Shown here in pieces: positions 30,676 to 40,353 of a stretch of 64,000 bases of DNA; the stretch's first letter is position 1, and each line of letters starts with the position of its first letter. The position numbers and the translations under genes were made by a program. The DNA is from Candidatus Bathyarchaeota archaeon (GTDB lineage: Archaea; Thermoproteota; Bathyarchaeia; TCS64). Below the pieces are notes generated by a model, which ran no database searches, was not told the origin of the DNA, and saw only the letters and a list, made by a program, of their open reading frames with translations. The stretch spans positions 256,001-320,000 of the forward strand of contig CAVYLP010000001.1 of assembly GCA_963769425.1 (NCBI GenBank). The letters are read 5' to 3'.

Positions 30676-31935
30676 TCAGACCTCGAACTCGTCGTTCATG
30701 TTCGGGGCAGTGGCCTTTAGGCCCAACTCGTCCTGCGCCCACTGGGCGAGGAAGTCGCAGCTGTCCGACTCCCCGTGGATAACATAGAGATCGGGCTTCC
30801 CCTTCAGCCCCTTTATGAAGTTCTGGAGAGGGGTCGCGCCGGTGTGGCTGCTGAAGTCGAAGTGACGCACCTTGGCGGTGACCTTCTCATCCTTCTCCGC
30901 AACATTGAAGGTGCCCTGTTCAAGGAGCTTGTTGCCACCTGTTCCGGGGACCTGGAAGCTGACTAGGAAGACCGCGTTCTCTGGGCGGAAACCGAGTTTC
31001 TCCATGTAGAAGACGGCGGTTCCCCCCTGAAGCATTCCGCTTGGGGCGACTATCACGTTCGCCTGGCTGATTGCCTTCCGTCTATCCCTCCAACCACGTA
31101 CCTCTTGGACGCTCATGCATGCTTGCTCGAACTGGGCCGGGGTCTTGACGGCTTCTTGCTTATCGAGTAGTATGCGGTCTACGGCGCGGGCCATTCCATC
31201 GAGGACGATATTACCCTGGAAGCCGTGGGCGTGGAGGATGCTGAACATCTCTTGGCTTCTGCCCACTGCGAAGGCGGGGATGAGGACCTTGCCTCCGTCG
31301 TTGACGACGTCTTTGACTGCCTTGACGAAGTCTTCTTCGAGCTGTTTCCTCTCGGGGTGCTCGTGTGTGGCGTACGTTGATTCGATGATTACTGCGTCGT
31401 ACTTCTTCTTCGGGACCTTGGCCGCGATGCAGAGTCGGGTCTCGATCGTGTTGAAGTCACTTGTATAGAGGATGCTCTTTCCATTTACCTCGATGTCCAC
31501 CATGGCGGAGCCGGGGATGTGGCCCGCGTTCTGGAGGTTGAAGTTGATGTCCTTGAGCTTGACCTCCTGCCCGTAGGCGAGGTCGTTCCTCTGCTTCATC
31601 ATGTTATCGAGTTCGATGTACTCGAAGGGGAGGTAGTAGTTGTTGAGCTTGATCATGTCCTCGATGAGTATCTTCGATATGTCAGCCGTTGTGGCCGTGC
31701 AGAAGAGTGGTTTCTTCTCGCTGAGGTAGAACATGGGGACGCCGCCGCTGTGGTCCAGGTGGGCGTGCGCCAACACAATGCCGTCGATGTCTTTAGCCCT
31801 AACGTGTGCGGGGAACTCCGTCGGCTCCCCGACCTTCACGCCGTACTCCAGTAACAACTTCGCGTCGTTCGACTGAAGCACAATCGCATTACGACCTACC
31901 TCATGGGTTCCACCCATGAAACTTAACTTTACCAT
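30676..31935 (-). CDS. beta-CASP metallo-beta-lactamase ribonuclease (aCPSF-like, no KH domains)
   Basis: GG..EVGR, HAHLDH, AGHIPGS, ESTY, PAFAVGRSQE, FSSH, HGE. Confidence 0.92.
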   Translation of the reverse strand: MVKLSFMGGTHEVGRNAIVLQSNDAKLLLEYGVKVGEPTEFPAHVRAKDIDGIVLAHAHLDHSGGVPMFYLSEKKPLFCTATTADISKILIEDMIKLNNYYLPFEYIELDNMMKQRNDLAYGQEVKLKDINFNLQNAGHIPGSAMVDIEVNGKSILYTSDFNTIETRLCIAAKVPKKKYDAVIIESTYATHEHPERKQLEEDFVKAVKDVVNDGGKVLIPAFAVGRSQEMFSILHAHGFQGNIVLDGMARAVDRILLDKQEAVKTPAQFEQACMSVQEVRGWRDRRKAISQANVIVAPSGMLQGGTAVFYMEKLGFRPENAVFLVSFQVPGTGGNKLLEQGTFNVAEKDEKVTAKVRHFDFSSHTGATPLQNFIKGLKGKPDLYVIHGESDSCDFLAQWAQDELGLKATAPNMNDEFEV

Positions 31936-31956
31936 TGCTGTCTATACCTTGCCTAG

Positions 31957-32051
31957 GCAACGAAGCGACCCGCTGTTTACAGGCATATGAGCCTACGGAT
32001 CGTCGAGTCCTTTCCCCGGCGGCCTATCTCAGCCCCCTGGGGGGACGGTGC
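31957..32051 (-). ncRNA. Candidate structured RNA/5' leader (unclassified)
   Basis: GC-rich intergenic stretch that folds by eye into two arms plus a closing stem; TATA-like GGTATAAG about 20 nt upstream. Confidence 0.45.
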
Positions 32052-32136
32052 AACTATGGTTTTCGTGCACTTATACCTTCCCACTGAAGAGAAGCTTAAA
32101 AAGGGTGATGGATAGTTGGTTCAGACTATCTCTCGT

Positions 32137-33754
32137 CTACTTTCGGGTCTTCAGGGTGTTGCTGAGAGCGGAGTAGGCGTCCTTGTTCCAGGGGTCGTTG
32201 TTCCAGATGGTTGTGAGGTTGATCCTCGCCCCCTCACAGGCGTCCATGAGGGTGCTCTCAACCTCGTCGTCGAGGTCGCCCTTCCCCCTGTAGAGGTAGA
32301 CGGCCTTGTGGCCGCTGCAGGCGACATAATTGGCGACTTCACTTGCAGTGTATCGGATGGTCTCCAAGTCGAGGGGGGTCGCTATCTCGAATTGGGATAA
32401 GGGGTACGTTTCTGATAGGTCGGCTGGGACGGGCCCGTATGGGGCCGCGTAGAAACAGAAGTGGAGCCCGTCGACATCCTCGCCTAGTTCGTTATAGATG
32501 TGCTGCCTGAGGTGTCTGTACTCGTCGCTGCTGTCGAATGGTTTGTGGGTAGGGGTCGTGATGAGGATGAGTGTGTCGGCACCTGCGAATCTCCTGTAGT
32601 TCTGGTTGAGGTGATGGGTGTATCGGGTAATCTCTGGCCGTGTGAGGCTGTGGTAATCGTAGTAGAAGACGCCGTGCCCCTTGAAGGCGGGGCTCCCCTT
32701 TTCGAGGTCGTCGCGGTACTCCCAGAGCCTCTTGAGTGCCGAGGTCATGGCGGGGTGCCCCCTCGCCCTCCTCTCGACGAGATCCCAGAGGCTCCCCTCG
32801 AAGATGGCCTGTTTCACCGCGTCTATCTCGGACATGCACGCGTGGAGGTTGTGCTCGGCGAGGAGCCTCTCTCTCTCGCTCTTTATGGCGGTCTTCAGCT
32901 CCTCGGCGGAGTGCTTCCTGCAGACGGGGCAGGTGCACGGGAGGTAGCTGATGTCCTCGAGACGGAGGGTTCCGTGGGGGGTGAGGTATCGCCCGTCCTT
33001 CGCGTAGAGGGCGTAGCTTGCTGAGTCGAATAGGTCGCAACCCAGCGCAGCGGCGAGGCTGAACATCATGGGGTGGCCCGCGCCGAAGAGGTGGAGAGGC
33101 CTATCCGGTGGGAGGTTTCGCTTCGCGGCAACGATCATATCGACGAGGACGGGAAACATATACCGCTCCATGACCTCCGTGGGGCTCCCGAGGGCGTGTA
33201 TCTGGAATGGCATCTCGCCGATGCTCTTCGCCGATTTGGCGACAAGGTCTAGGTGCTTACCGCCCTGCACTGGGCCGACCCAGAGGGCATCACTGTTCTC
33301 GATCAGAGGGATGGCAGCCTCGGCACGGCGGAGCGTCTCATCGACAGTGTACTCCACACTTCTCTCGGGGAACGTCCCAGCCCGTTGGGATGTCAAGAAT
33401 TACAGCTATGTCACTTCGAATCTTCTTCTGGTACTCGATGATCTCCGGCTGGGTAATCTCAACCTCCCCGTAGACGAGTATCTGGTAGGCGCCCGAGTCG
33501 GTCATCACTACGCCGTCGTAGTCTAGGAGCCTATGGATGTCGAGGTCGGAGATCTCGGAGAAGTTCTTCTTGGTAAGGTAACTGTTGGTGATGACGATGT
33601 CAGTATGGAACTCCTTCCTCATCCTCTTAGGGGGGATGATCTGGGTGAGGGGGTTTATGACGGGCATGAAGGTGGGGGTCTCGACGACGCCGCCCTTCGT
33701 CTTGAGGCGCCCGATCCTCCCCATGAGGTCCCTGTCCCTGAGCTCGAAGGCCAT
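32137..33754 (-). CDS. tgtA: Archaeosine tRNA-guanine(15) transglycosylase, frameshift near 33358
   Basis: GRIG.L.T....ETP.FMPV.NP, TDSGAYQ, LDIP, PVQGG, HLFGAGHPM, DLFDSASY, C.CPVC...H. Confidence 0.93.
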
Positions 33755-33842
33755 ATCGGCTCAGGGTGTGTGGAGCCGGGTATTTCACCTTGGTGATGTT
33801 CGGAAAAAGTTATGCCTTTACGATACTTGAGGAAAAAAAAGT

Positions 33843-34265
33843 TTAGCCCTGGGTCTCAGTCTTGAACCGGGTGAAGATGTCCCTGACCCTGTCCGCGGCG
33901 GGGCCCGTCCCCTCGATGACGCCGGTCTCGTTAAGCCTAATCTTCCCCATGACGATGATCACCCGCGCCTCCGGGATTAGCTGCACCATGTTGGGGAAGA
34001 CCTTCTCCAGCCTCTCCTTGAGCCCCTCGAGGTTGAATGGCCTCTCAGACGCAAGGATTCGGGCGACGCTGGTGCCGGCGATGAAGACCCTATGGGCCTT
34101 CCCGCGCTCGGTGTTGACGTTACCCAGGCAGATGCTCAGCGTATTCGAGTCGTACCCGAGTAGCTCACCATCGTAGGATTTGCCCGCAGTGTCGAAGACC
34201 GCCACGGGCTTGCCGACGAGTAGGCCGAGTTCCTCGAAGAATTTCCTGCTGGTTACAGCCGCCAT
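33843..34265 (-). CDS. Sm-like (Lsm) protein with C-terminal domain, SmAP3 type
   Basis: Sm fold (G.L.GYD...LSI.L) plus C-terminal ...GVIEGTGPAADRV. Confidence 0.85.
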   Translation of the reverse strand: MAAVTSRKFFEELGLLVGKPVAVFDTAGKSYDGELLGYDSNTLSICLGNVNTERGKAHRVFIAGTSVARILASERPFNLEGLKERLEKVFPNMVQLIPEARVIIVMGKIRLNETGVIEGTGPAADRVRDIFTRFKTETQG

Positions 34266-34355
34266 CTCGTTTAACCTCTAGAGCACAGATACCCTCCCCC
34301 AGTATAAAAATGCGAAAGTAAAGCGCATATGGGTTTCAGGGGGCTAACAGTTAGC

Positions 34356-34583
34356 TTATGGGTCGAGGCGCCTGAATGTTGGCGTGTAGTCCTCGCCGCC
34401 CCCCTCCTTTGCTTTGAGGGTCTTCATGAGCTGCGTCGCTTCAGCTGGAGTCTCAGCCCTCCCATAGACTCGGAGGCTCCTGAGCTCTGCCCGGTTGTTG
34501 CAATGAGGGCAGGACCGGGTCTGGTTGGTGGTATTGGCGAGCATCAGCTCGCCGCACCTCGGGCATCGGACCACGATGTACAT
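34356..34583 (-). CDS. Zn-ribbon protein (DUF1922-like)
   Basis: MYIVVRCPRCG...CPHC. Confidence 0.75.
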   Translation of the reverse strand: MYIVVRCPRCGELMLANTTNQTRSCPHCNNRAELRSLRVYGRAETPAEATQLMKTLKAKEGGGEDYTPTFRRLDP

Positions 34584-34585
34584 TT

Positions 34586-35167
34586 CTAGAGCTCCCTTAG
34601 TAGCTTCTCGACCTCGGGGCTGTTCATCCAGTCGACTGCCCCGTGGTGGCACTCCGCCTCGCCATCGATTGTGGCGGTTATCAGCTTAACGGTCTCCTCG
34701 GGGGTGATCCCCGTGGTGTCGATCTCGCAGACCTTGTCGGGGTTCTGGGCGGCGAGTGCCTCGACGAGGCAGGTGCCTAGCAGCTCAGCTTCAATGTTCT
34801 CTCGTATCTTGTTTGCGTCATATCCGCGTGCTCTTAGCTCCTCGCGGAGGACCCAGGGGGCTCGCCGGAGGACGACTGTGAGGGTTACCTCATCGCGGGA
34901 GACGACATCGGGGGAGTAGTGGCCGTCTACAATGACCAGCTTCTTCGCGGACCCGATGATGTTGGCGAGTGCGAGGCGCAGGGCCTTCATATCAGCTATT
35001 ACTGTGGCGCGGGTCTCGTCCCAGCCCTGGCTGAGGCCACCCTCCTTTACGAGGCGAGTGAGTTCGATGTGCTCCCCGTGTAGCTCAGCGGCGAGTAAGC
35101 TGGATACTGTGCTCTTGCCCGTGCCTGGTGTGCCTGTGATTAAAACGACTTCGCGTATGGGCTCCAT
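34586..35167 (-). CDS. adkA: Atypical adenylate kinase (AK6/Fap7 family)
   Basis: TGTPGTGKS, DGH, RGY...KI.EN..AE. Confidence 0.9.
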   Translation of the reverse strand: MEPIREVVLITGTPGTGKSTVSSLLAAELHGEHIELTRLVKEGGLSQGWDETRATVIADMKALRLALANIIGSAKKLVIVDGHYSPDVVSRDEVTLTVVLRRAPWVLREELRARGYDANKIRENIEAELLGTCLVEALAAQNPDKVCEIDTTGITPEETVKLITATIDGEAECHHGAVDWMNSPEVEKLLREL

Positions 35168-35176
35168 GTCCCACGC

Positions 35177-35689
35177 CTAAGGCTTCTCGTCCTTCTCCGA
35201 GTCCATGCGGAGCATGTCCCCGATCGTCTTTGCCCCCGTTGGCTTTGCGATAATCTGCGACTTCGACGCGTCAGTGTGCTCCACGATGTCCAAGCTAAGG
35301 TACTTCCTGATCTTTGTGATTAGCTTATAGTCAGGGGTGAGGTCCATCTTCTCCAGGTTCTTTATAACGGACTCCTTCTCCTGCATCTTCTTAGCAAGGT
35401 CCTTCTCTGATAGGCCGAGCTTCTGGCGCGCCTTCCTTATCTGGGCGCCGTAGTCATCGACTAGCTCCAGTGACTCGACTGATTCGACGTCGTTCCTTAT
35501 CCTCGGGCGTGGGGCGGCCTGTGGGAGCGCATGCCCCCTGCTGGGGGTCCTCGCCGGCGCAGGTTTAGCTGTTGACCATTCAGATGAACCGAACGGGGCG
35601 CACCTCGAACAAACCGTCAGCTTTGCGCCCTCTATGACTCTCCGCTGGGGTGGACCCAATATCTCTTTACCGCAAACCTCGCAGCGCAT
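35177..35689 (-). CDS. mbf1: Multiprotein bridging factor aMBF1
   Basis: CEVCG..VC..C Zn ribbon, HTH, TIGD. Confidence 0.93.
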   Translation of the reverse strand: MRCEVCGKEILGPPQRRVIEGAKLTVCSRCAPFGSSEWSTAKPAPARTPSRGHALPQAAPRPRIRNDVESVESLELVDDYGAQIRKARQKLGLSEKDLAKKMQEKESVIKNLEKMDLTPDYKLITKIRKYLSLDIVEHTDASKSQIIAKPTGAKTIGDMLRMDSEKDEKP

Positions 35690-36153
35690 ATCGGAGCCTC
35701 ACTAAAGAGGCGAGAAATCGACTTATAAAGGAAAGGTGTCGTAAAAAGCTTTGCCTATAACCGATTTGCCTATTTGCACCTGGCGGGTTCAGCCTCCTCG
35801 ACCTTCTCGAAGTACCTCGAGTGCTCAATCAGGTTTAGATAGATTGGTCGAGGGATGTTAGCCCTTGGAAAATACGCGTTTTTTCATCGTTGGGGGCGAG
35901 ACTTCATTTTCGTTCTGAAGCGCTTATAGAGGTAGAGGACGCCGGTGGAGTACATCGTAACGTAAACGTCGACTATGAGAGAGACGGATAAGTCACCTAC
36001 GCCGTACACTGGGGGGAGTGTAACGATGAACACCCCCATCGTCCCGATCGCTAGCGTTAGGACGAATTTCAGGTTCAAATTCTTCTAAATTAATTTTCAA
36101 TGAAGGATATATATTCTCAAACCTCTCGGCGTGATGTAAATCGTATGATGTGA

Positions 36154-36600
36154 TCAGAAATGGTTGAGGATAGCGGAGCGGAGCCTTTTATGGCGAGATA
36201 GTGAGGAAACTATTCGTTTGGAGCCCGCGGTGATTCTGGCGTCGAAGAGCCTAGTGATCGCCAGAGTGGCTATGAATGAGGCGACGCCGATGACGCCGAC
36301 CTGGAGGGCGTTGACCTCACCAATGAAGAGTACGATCCCCGCCGTCATCACAGCCCCCATAAGCCCCATCATAGCTGACCTGATGATGAAGTAGAGCCTC
36401 TGCCCCCACGTGAAGGCGAGCAGGGCTCTAATAACCACCTCCTTCTTCACGCCCCCATCGGCGCTACCTATCTGATCTAGGATCGTATTGATCAGCAAGG
36501 GGTCTATCTGTGTCCTGGCGTTCGCCTCAACATCCTCACGCGTCTTCCTAACCGACTCGTTGTCGATGTCAAGCTTGACCTCATCCAAGTGCGCCAACAC
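36154..36600 (-). CDS. Hypothetical membrane protein
   Basis: 148-aa ORF with two TM segments. Confidence 0.6.
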   Translation of the reverse strand: MLAHLDEVKLDIDNESVRKTREDVEANARTQIDPLLINTILDQIGSADGGVKKEVVIRALLAFTWGQRLYFIIRSAMMGLMGAVMTAGIVLFIGEVNALQVGVIGVASFIATLAITRLFDARITAGSKRIVSSLSRHKRLRSAILNHF

Positions 36601-36742
36601 GACCCCGGAAAATTCATTGGATTTTATATTTAAATACCGCTCTATTTCCCTCGGCCCCAGTGAAGATCATAGAGGCTATTTGATAGGAGGGTAAAAAAAC
36701 CGGGATGATCTAAGAAAAAATAATCAGACCACGTCCCAACAG

Positions 36743-37060
36743 GTGCTCAAAATGGAAATCAAGGTAAACATGGAGTGCGCGCTGAGGATACTCGAGAAGA
36801 ACGGGTTCGATGTCGAGAACAACGCCAAGGCAGGGTCCCCGTTGATCGCGAATAAGAAGGTAAACGAGAAGGACCACGACAAGGTCGAGTTGTTCCAAGT
36901 CAAGTGCAGCTCCCCGTATGTGAAGTTCGAGGCAAAGATCGACAACGAGATGCAACAGGGTATAATAAAGGCCCTGAATCAGGGCCTTGACAGCTTTGTG
37001 AAGGGGGCTCAAGCCCGCCAAAAAGACGAAGTAAGCAGTCCCAGCTCCCACACATCTTGA
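36743..37060 (+). CDS. Hypothetical protein
   Basis: 105-aa ORF with typical codon usage, upstream of the PUA gene. Confidence 0.55.
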   Translation: MLKMEIKVNMECALRILEKNGFDVENNAKAGSPLIANKKVNEKDHDKVELFQVKCSSPYVKFEAKIDNEMQQGIIKALNQGLDSFVKGAQARQKDEVSSPSSHTS

Positions 37061-37096
37061 AGGTGTAGTGGGCACCTCAGCAACACCTAATAGAGG

Positions 37097-37588
37097 ATGG
37101 CAACCAGTCTGGGTGGAATGGACAGCGAACTGAGGAGGATCAGGGCGGTTGCCGAGTACCAGCTCGGCCCAGGCTCCGGTATGGCCCTCTTCCCTGACGA
37201 GGTTAGGATGATCCACTCACGGAACACAGGCAGGATCAGGCACATACTCCTCGGGGACACACTCATCGCCACATTCCGCCCCAATGACGGCGTCTTCACG
37301 CTCACAATAGCCGCAGCACAGCGTCTGCTTGTACAGGTTCCCGACCTTGGCTACACGGTAACGGTCACCGAGGAGGCAGCCCCGTTTATCTCTAAGGGCA
37401 AGAACGTCTTCGCCAAACACGTCCTACATGCGGGGGAGAAGATACGCCCCGGAGACGAGGTCATAATAATCGCCGAGAAATCCGGCGTCATCGGCGTGGG
37501 GAAGGCGCTTCTAATCAGCGATGAGATGAGGGCTTTTAAGATCGGGGTCGCCGTGAAGACCCGTCGCGGCTCAGAGACCGACGTCTAG
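37097..37588 (+). CDS. PUA-domain protein (arcTGT C-terminal-like)
   Basis: A.YQ.G, S..TGRIR, G.NVFAKHV, IRPGDEV, GVAVK.RRG. Confidence 0.88.
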   Translation: MATSLGGMDSELRRIRAVAEYQLGPGSGMALFPDEVRMIHSRNTGRIRHILLGDTLIATFRPNDGVFTLTIAAAQRLLVQVPDLGYTVTVTEEAAPFISKGKNVFAKHVLHAGEKIRPGDEVIIIAEKSGVIGVGKALLISDEMRAFKIGVAVKTRRGSETDV

Positions 37589-38419
37589 CTACTTCTCGAA
37601 CTTGTCGCCGAGCTTCGTCTTCTTCCGAGTCTCACCCTTGCTGAAGTGGGCGAGGCGGGCCGCCGAGTCGTTCGCCTTCTCCATCTCTCTAGCCTCGTCT
37701 GCGGTCTTCGCTGCCTGTCTGAGAAGCTCGTGGGCGGCGGCGAGGATTGGTAGGTACCTCTCCGGTTCCTCGACTTTAAATGTGCCCTCTGTGCTGAGGT
37801 TGGCTACGCGGCGGGCGGCTTCGAATGCGGCCATCGCCTTACCCTGGGCGTAGGGGTTCGTGATCTGCGCCGCGGCCAATGCGTTCTCCTTCTCCACCAC
37901 AACCTGTGGCAGGGTCGGCTTCTCACCTTTACCGATCTGCTCGATCACCTTGTCGATCTCCTGCTGCACAATCCTGAAGCTGCCCGTGACGGCGAGGACC
38001 CTTATTGCATCCGAGTTGAAGAGAGCCATCTCGACTGGGTCAAGGAAGCTCTGCTTCGCCCCGATCATCGGGTCGTTCATGACAACGATGTACCCGACTC
38101 CCTCGACTGGGTTCTCTTTCAATGTCTTCCTGCTCGGTTCATCGGAGACCACTATGATGGGCTTACCCGTTGCGCGGAGTGCCTCTCTGGCCTTCGTAGG
38201 CCCCGGCATCGCGGCATTCGGGGAGACCACAATGTAGAGGTCCGAGGGTATGTCCGCGGCTATCCTGGCGACGTCGACGGCCGCCTCCTCCTCCATGCTC
38301 ACGCTGGATGAGACGACCCTCATCTGCAGGTCCTTGCGCCCCGATCTCTCATCTAGGAGGGCGTCAATCAGAGTGGTTGTGGCTATATACCCGATCTTGA
38401 CGAAGGTGACCTTTACCAA
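37589..38419 (-). CDS. mtd: F420-dependent methylene-H4MPT dehydrogenase
   Basis: K.G.I.....D.LLDER..R.D, SPN...PGP, DPMIGAK..FLDPVEM, NPYA, AAAHE. Confidence 0.93.
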   Translation of the reverse strand: MVKVTFVKIGYIATTTLIDALLDERSGRKDLQMRVVSSSVSMEEEAAVDVARIAADIPSDLYIVVSPNAAMPGPTKAREALRATGKPIIVVSDEPSRKTLKENPVEGVGYIVVMNDPMIGAKQSFLDPVEMALFNSDAIRVLAVTGSFRIVQQEIDKVIEQIGKGEKPTLPQVVVEKENALAAAQITNPYAQGKAMAAFEAARRVANLSTEGTFKVEEPERYLPILAAAHELLRQAAKTADEAREMEKANDSAARLAHFSKGETRKKTKLGDKFEK

Positions 38420-38481
38420 GGCAAATCACGGCTCTGGTATGGTTTTCATTCGACGGGGTAATAAGATTTTCAAGGAGGGGG

Positions 38482-40353
38482 CTAGTCGATTCCGCCCACG
38501 CCGATGCCCTTCTCCTCCTTGAACTGCATCCGGTAGAAGGCGGAGTAGATGCCACCCTTCTCCATCAGCTCGAAGTGCGTCCCCTTCTCCACGATCCTTC
38601 CCTGATCTAGTACGATTATCTCGTCGCAGAGCCTAATCGTCGAGAGCCTGTGTGCGATTATTATCACCCTCCTGTTCGCTAAGAGCTTCTTCAGGGCGTT
38701 CTGGATGACCAACTCGGTATAGGGGTCGATGCTTGACGTTGCCTCGTCGAGGATGAGTATCTCCGGGTCGGTGAGGATCGCTCTCGCGAAGCTGATGAGT
38801 TGTCTCTGACCGATTGAGATGTTCGAGCTACCCTCCTGGATTATGTAGTTGTATCCCCCGGGGAGGTTCATGATGAACTCGTGGGCGCCCACCATCGTCG
38901 CGGCCTCGATGACCTCCTCGTCGGTGGCCCCGGGCTTCCCGAACCTGATGTTGTCCCTTATGCACATCGGGAAGAGGTAAGAGTCCTGAAGGACGATGCT
39001 CTGGTGGCTGCGAAGGTCTGCGATCTTGACATTTCTGATGTCCTCCCCATTGAGCTCTATCTTTCCGCTTAGGGGGTCGTAGAACCGCGAGATCAGGTTG
39101 ATTATAGTGCTCTTCCCCGCCCCCGTCGGCCCCACTATGGCAAGTTTCATGGTCTTCGAGTTTATCTCGAAGTTTACGTCGTGTATCACCGGAATAGCCG
39201 GGTCGTAACCGAAGGTCACGTCCTTGGCGCTGAGCTCCTCGGCCCTCCCCAACTTGACGACCTTCTCCTCGGGGGGGTCTTCGACCTCGGGCTCTGTGTC
39301 TATGAGGTCGAACATCCTCTCGGTGGCAGCCATCGCCTGCTGGTACTGATCGTACGCCTGCACGAGGGCGAGTATTGGGTTGAAGAATAGGAGCTGGTAG
39401 CTGGTGAAGGCTATGAATGTGCCTAGGGTTATGTCCCCGCTCATCGCCATGTTGGCGCCGAACCAGATTACCAAGGCGGTGCCCGCGACCCTTATCGTGT
39501 AGGCGACTGGCTGGTACGCCGCGGAGACCACCACCGCCCTGATCCTCTGTTTAACCACCTTGTCCTGCTCCTCGTTGAAGGTCTTGTGGGACCTGTCGAG
39601 CTGGACAAAGGCCTTTATAACCTTCATCCCGCTGAGGCTCTCCTGCATCGTCGAGATCATACCCGAGGTGTGGAGGAACGCTGCCCTGTTGTACTTGCGT
39701 GAGAGTATGCCGAGGTAGTAGGTCGCAAACGCGGCGATTGGCATAACGGCGATGGAGAGCAGGGCGAGCCGGACGTTGAGGAAGAAGATGATTATGAAGC
39801 CACCGATAAGAGATGCCGTATTCAGGACTATGCTCGTGAAGCCGGTCCGGAAGAACATCCTGAGGGCGTTGGCGTCGTTTATCGGGCGGGCTATTATCCT
39901 CCCCGTCTCACCCTCAGAGAAGTACCTGAGGGATATGATCTGCAACTTCGCCACGATGTCCTCCCTTATCCTCGCGACCGTGTTCTCGCCGAGGATCCTG
40001 ACCTGCCACGTCTGGACGTACTGCGCAATGAAGTAGGCCGCCGTGATGGCCATGAAGATGGGCACCCACCAGACGAAGCCGCCCATGTCCCGCGGGGTTA
40101 TGATGTCGTCGATGACGAGTTTGCCCATGTAGGGTACGAGGACAGTGGTTATTGAGTTGACGATGAGGGCGATGGTGGCGTAGATGAAGTTCTTCTTGTA
40201 GGCAACGGCGTACTTGAGAAGCCTTCTTAGCAGCTCCCTGTCTGTGTAGGTCCTCTCCTTCTGCGCCTCTCCGAGTGTGGAGAAGACGCCATAGCCGCCT
40301 CCCCCACCACCTCCACCGCCGCCTCCGCCCCCGCCGGGTGTGCTTATCGCCAT
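38482..40353 (-). CDS. ABC exporter, fused TMD-NBD (heterodimer subunit with degenerate signature)
   Basis: GPTGAGKS, ISIGQRQ, LDEAT. Confidence 0.93.
   Translation of the reverse strand: MAISTPGGGGGGGGGGGGGGYGVFSTLGEAQKERTYTDRELLRRLLKYAVAYKKNFIYATIALIVNSITTVLVPYMGKLVIDDIITPRDMGGFVWWVPIFMAITAAYFIAQYVQTWQVRILGENTVARIREDIVAKLQIISLRYFSEGETGRIIARPINDANALRMFFRTGFTSIVLNTASLIGGFIIIFFLNVRLALLSIAVMPIAAFATYYLGILSRKYNRAAFLHTSGMISTMQESLSGMKVIKAFVQLDRSHKTFNEEQDKVVKQRIRAVVVSAAYQPVAYTIRVAGTALVIWFGANMAMSGDITLGTFIAFTSYQLLFFNPILALVQAYDQYQQAMAATERMFDLIDTEPEVEDPPEEKVVKLGRAEELSAKDVTFGYDPAIPVIHDVNFEINSKTMKLAIVGPTGAGKSTIINLISRFYDPLSGKIELNGEDIRNVKIADLRSHQSIVLQDSYLFPMCIRDNIRFGKPGATDEEVIEAATMVGAHEFIMNLPGGYNYIIQEGSSNISIGQRQLISFARAILTDPEILILDEATSSIDPYTELVIQNALKKLLANRRVIIIAHRLSTIRLCDEIIVLDQGRIVEKGTHFELMEKGGIYSAFYRMQFKEEKGIGVGGID

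Noticed and set aside
31957-32051. TPP riboswitch, tRNA-Met, hammerhead, SRP or RNase P RNA
   Set aside because: It has GCUGAGA and CUCAUA words but lacks the other required cores (ACCUGAU/CGNAGG, T-loop, CUGAUGA, GAGGAAA.UCC).
5270-33754. Programmed ribosomal frameshifting
   Set aside because: No shared slippery motif, unrelated genes, and both shift directions occur; assembly error is the simpler explanation.
35884-36078. 64-aa hydrophobic ORF
   Set aside because: Short, TTG start and no motif; it cannot be distinguished from a gene fragment.
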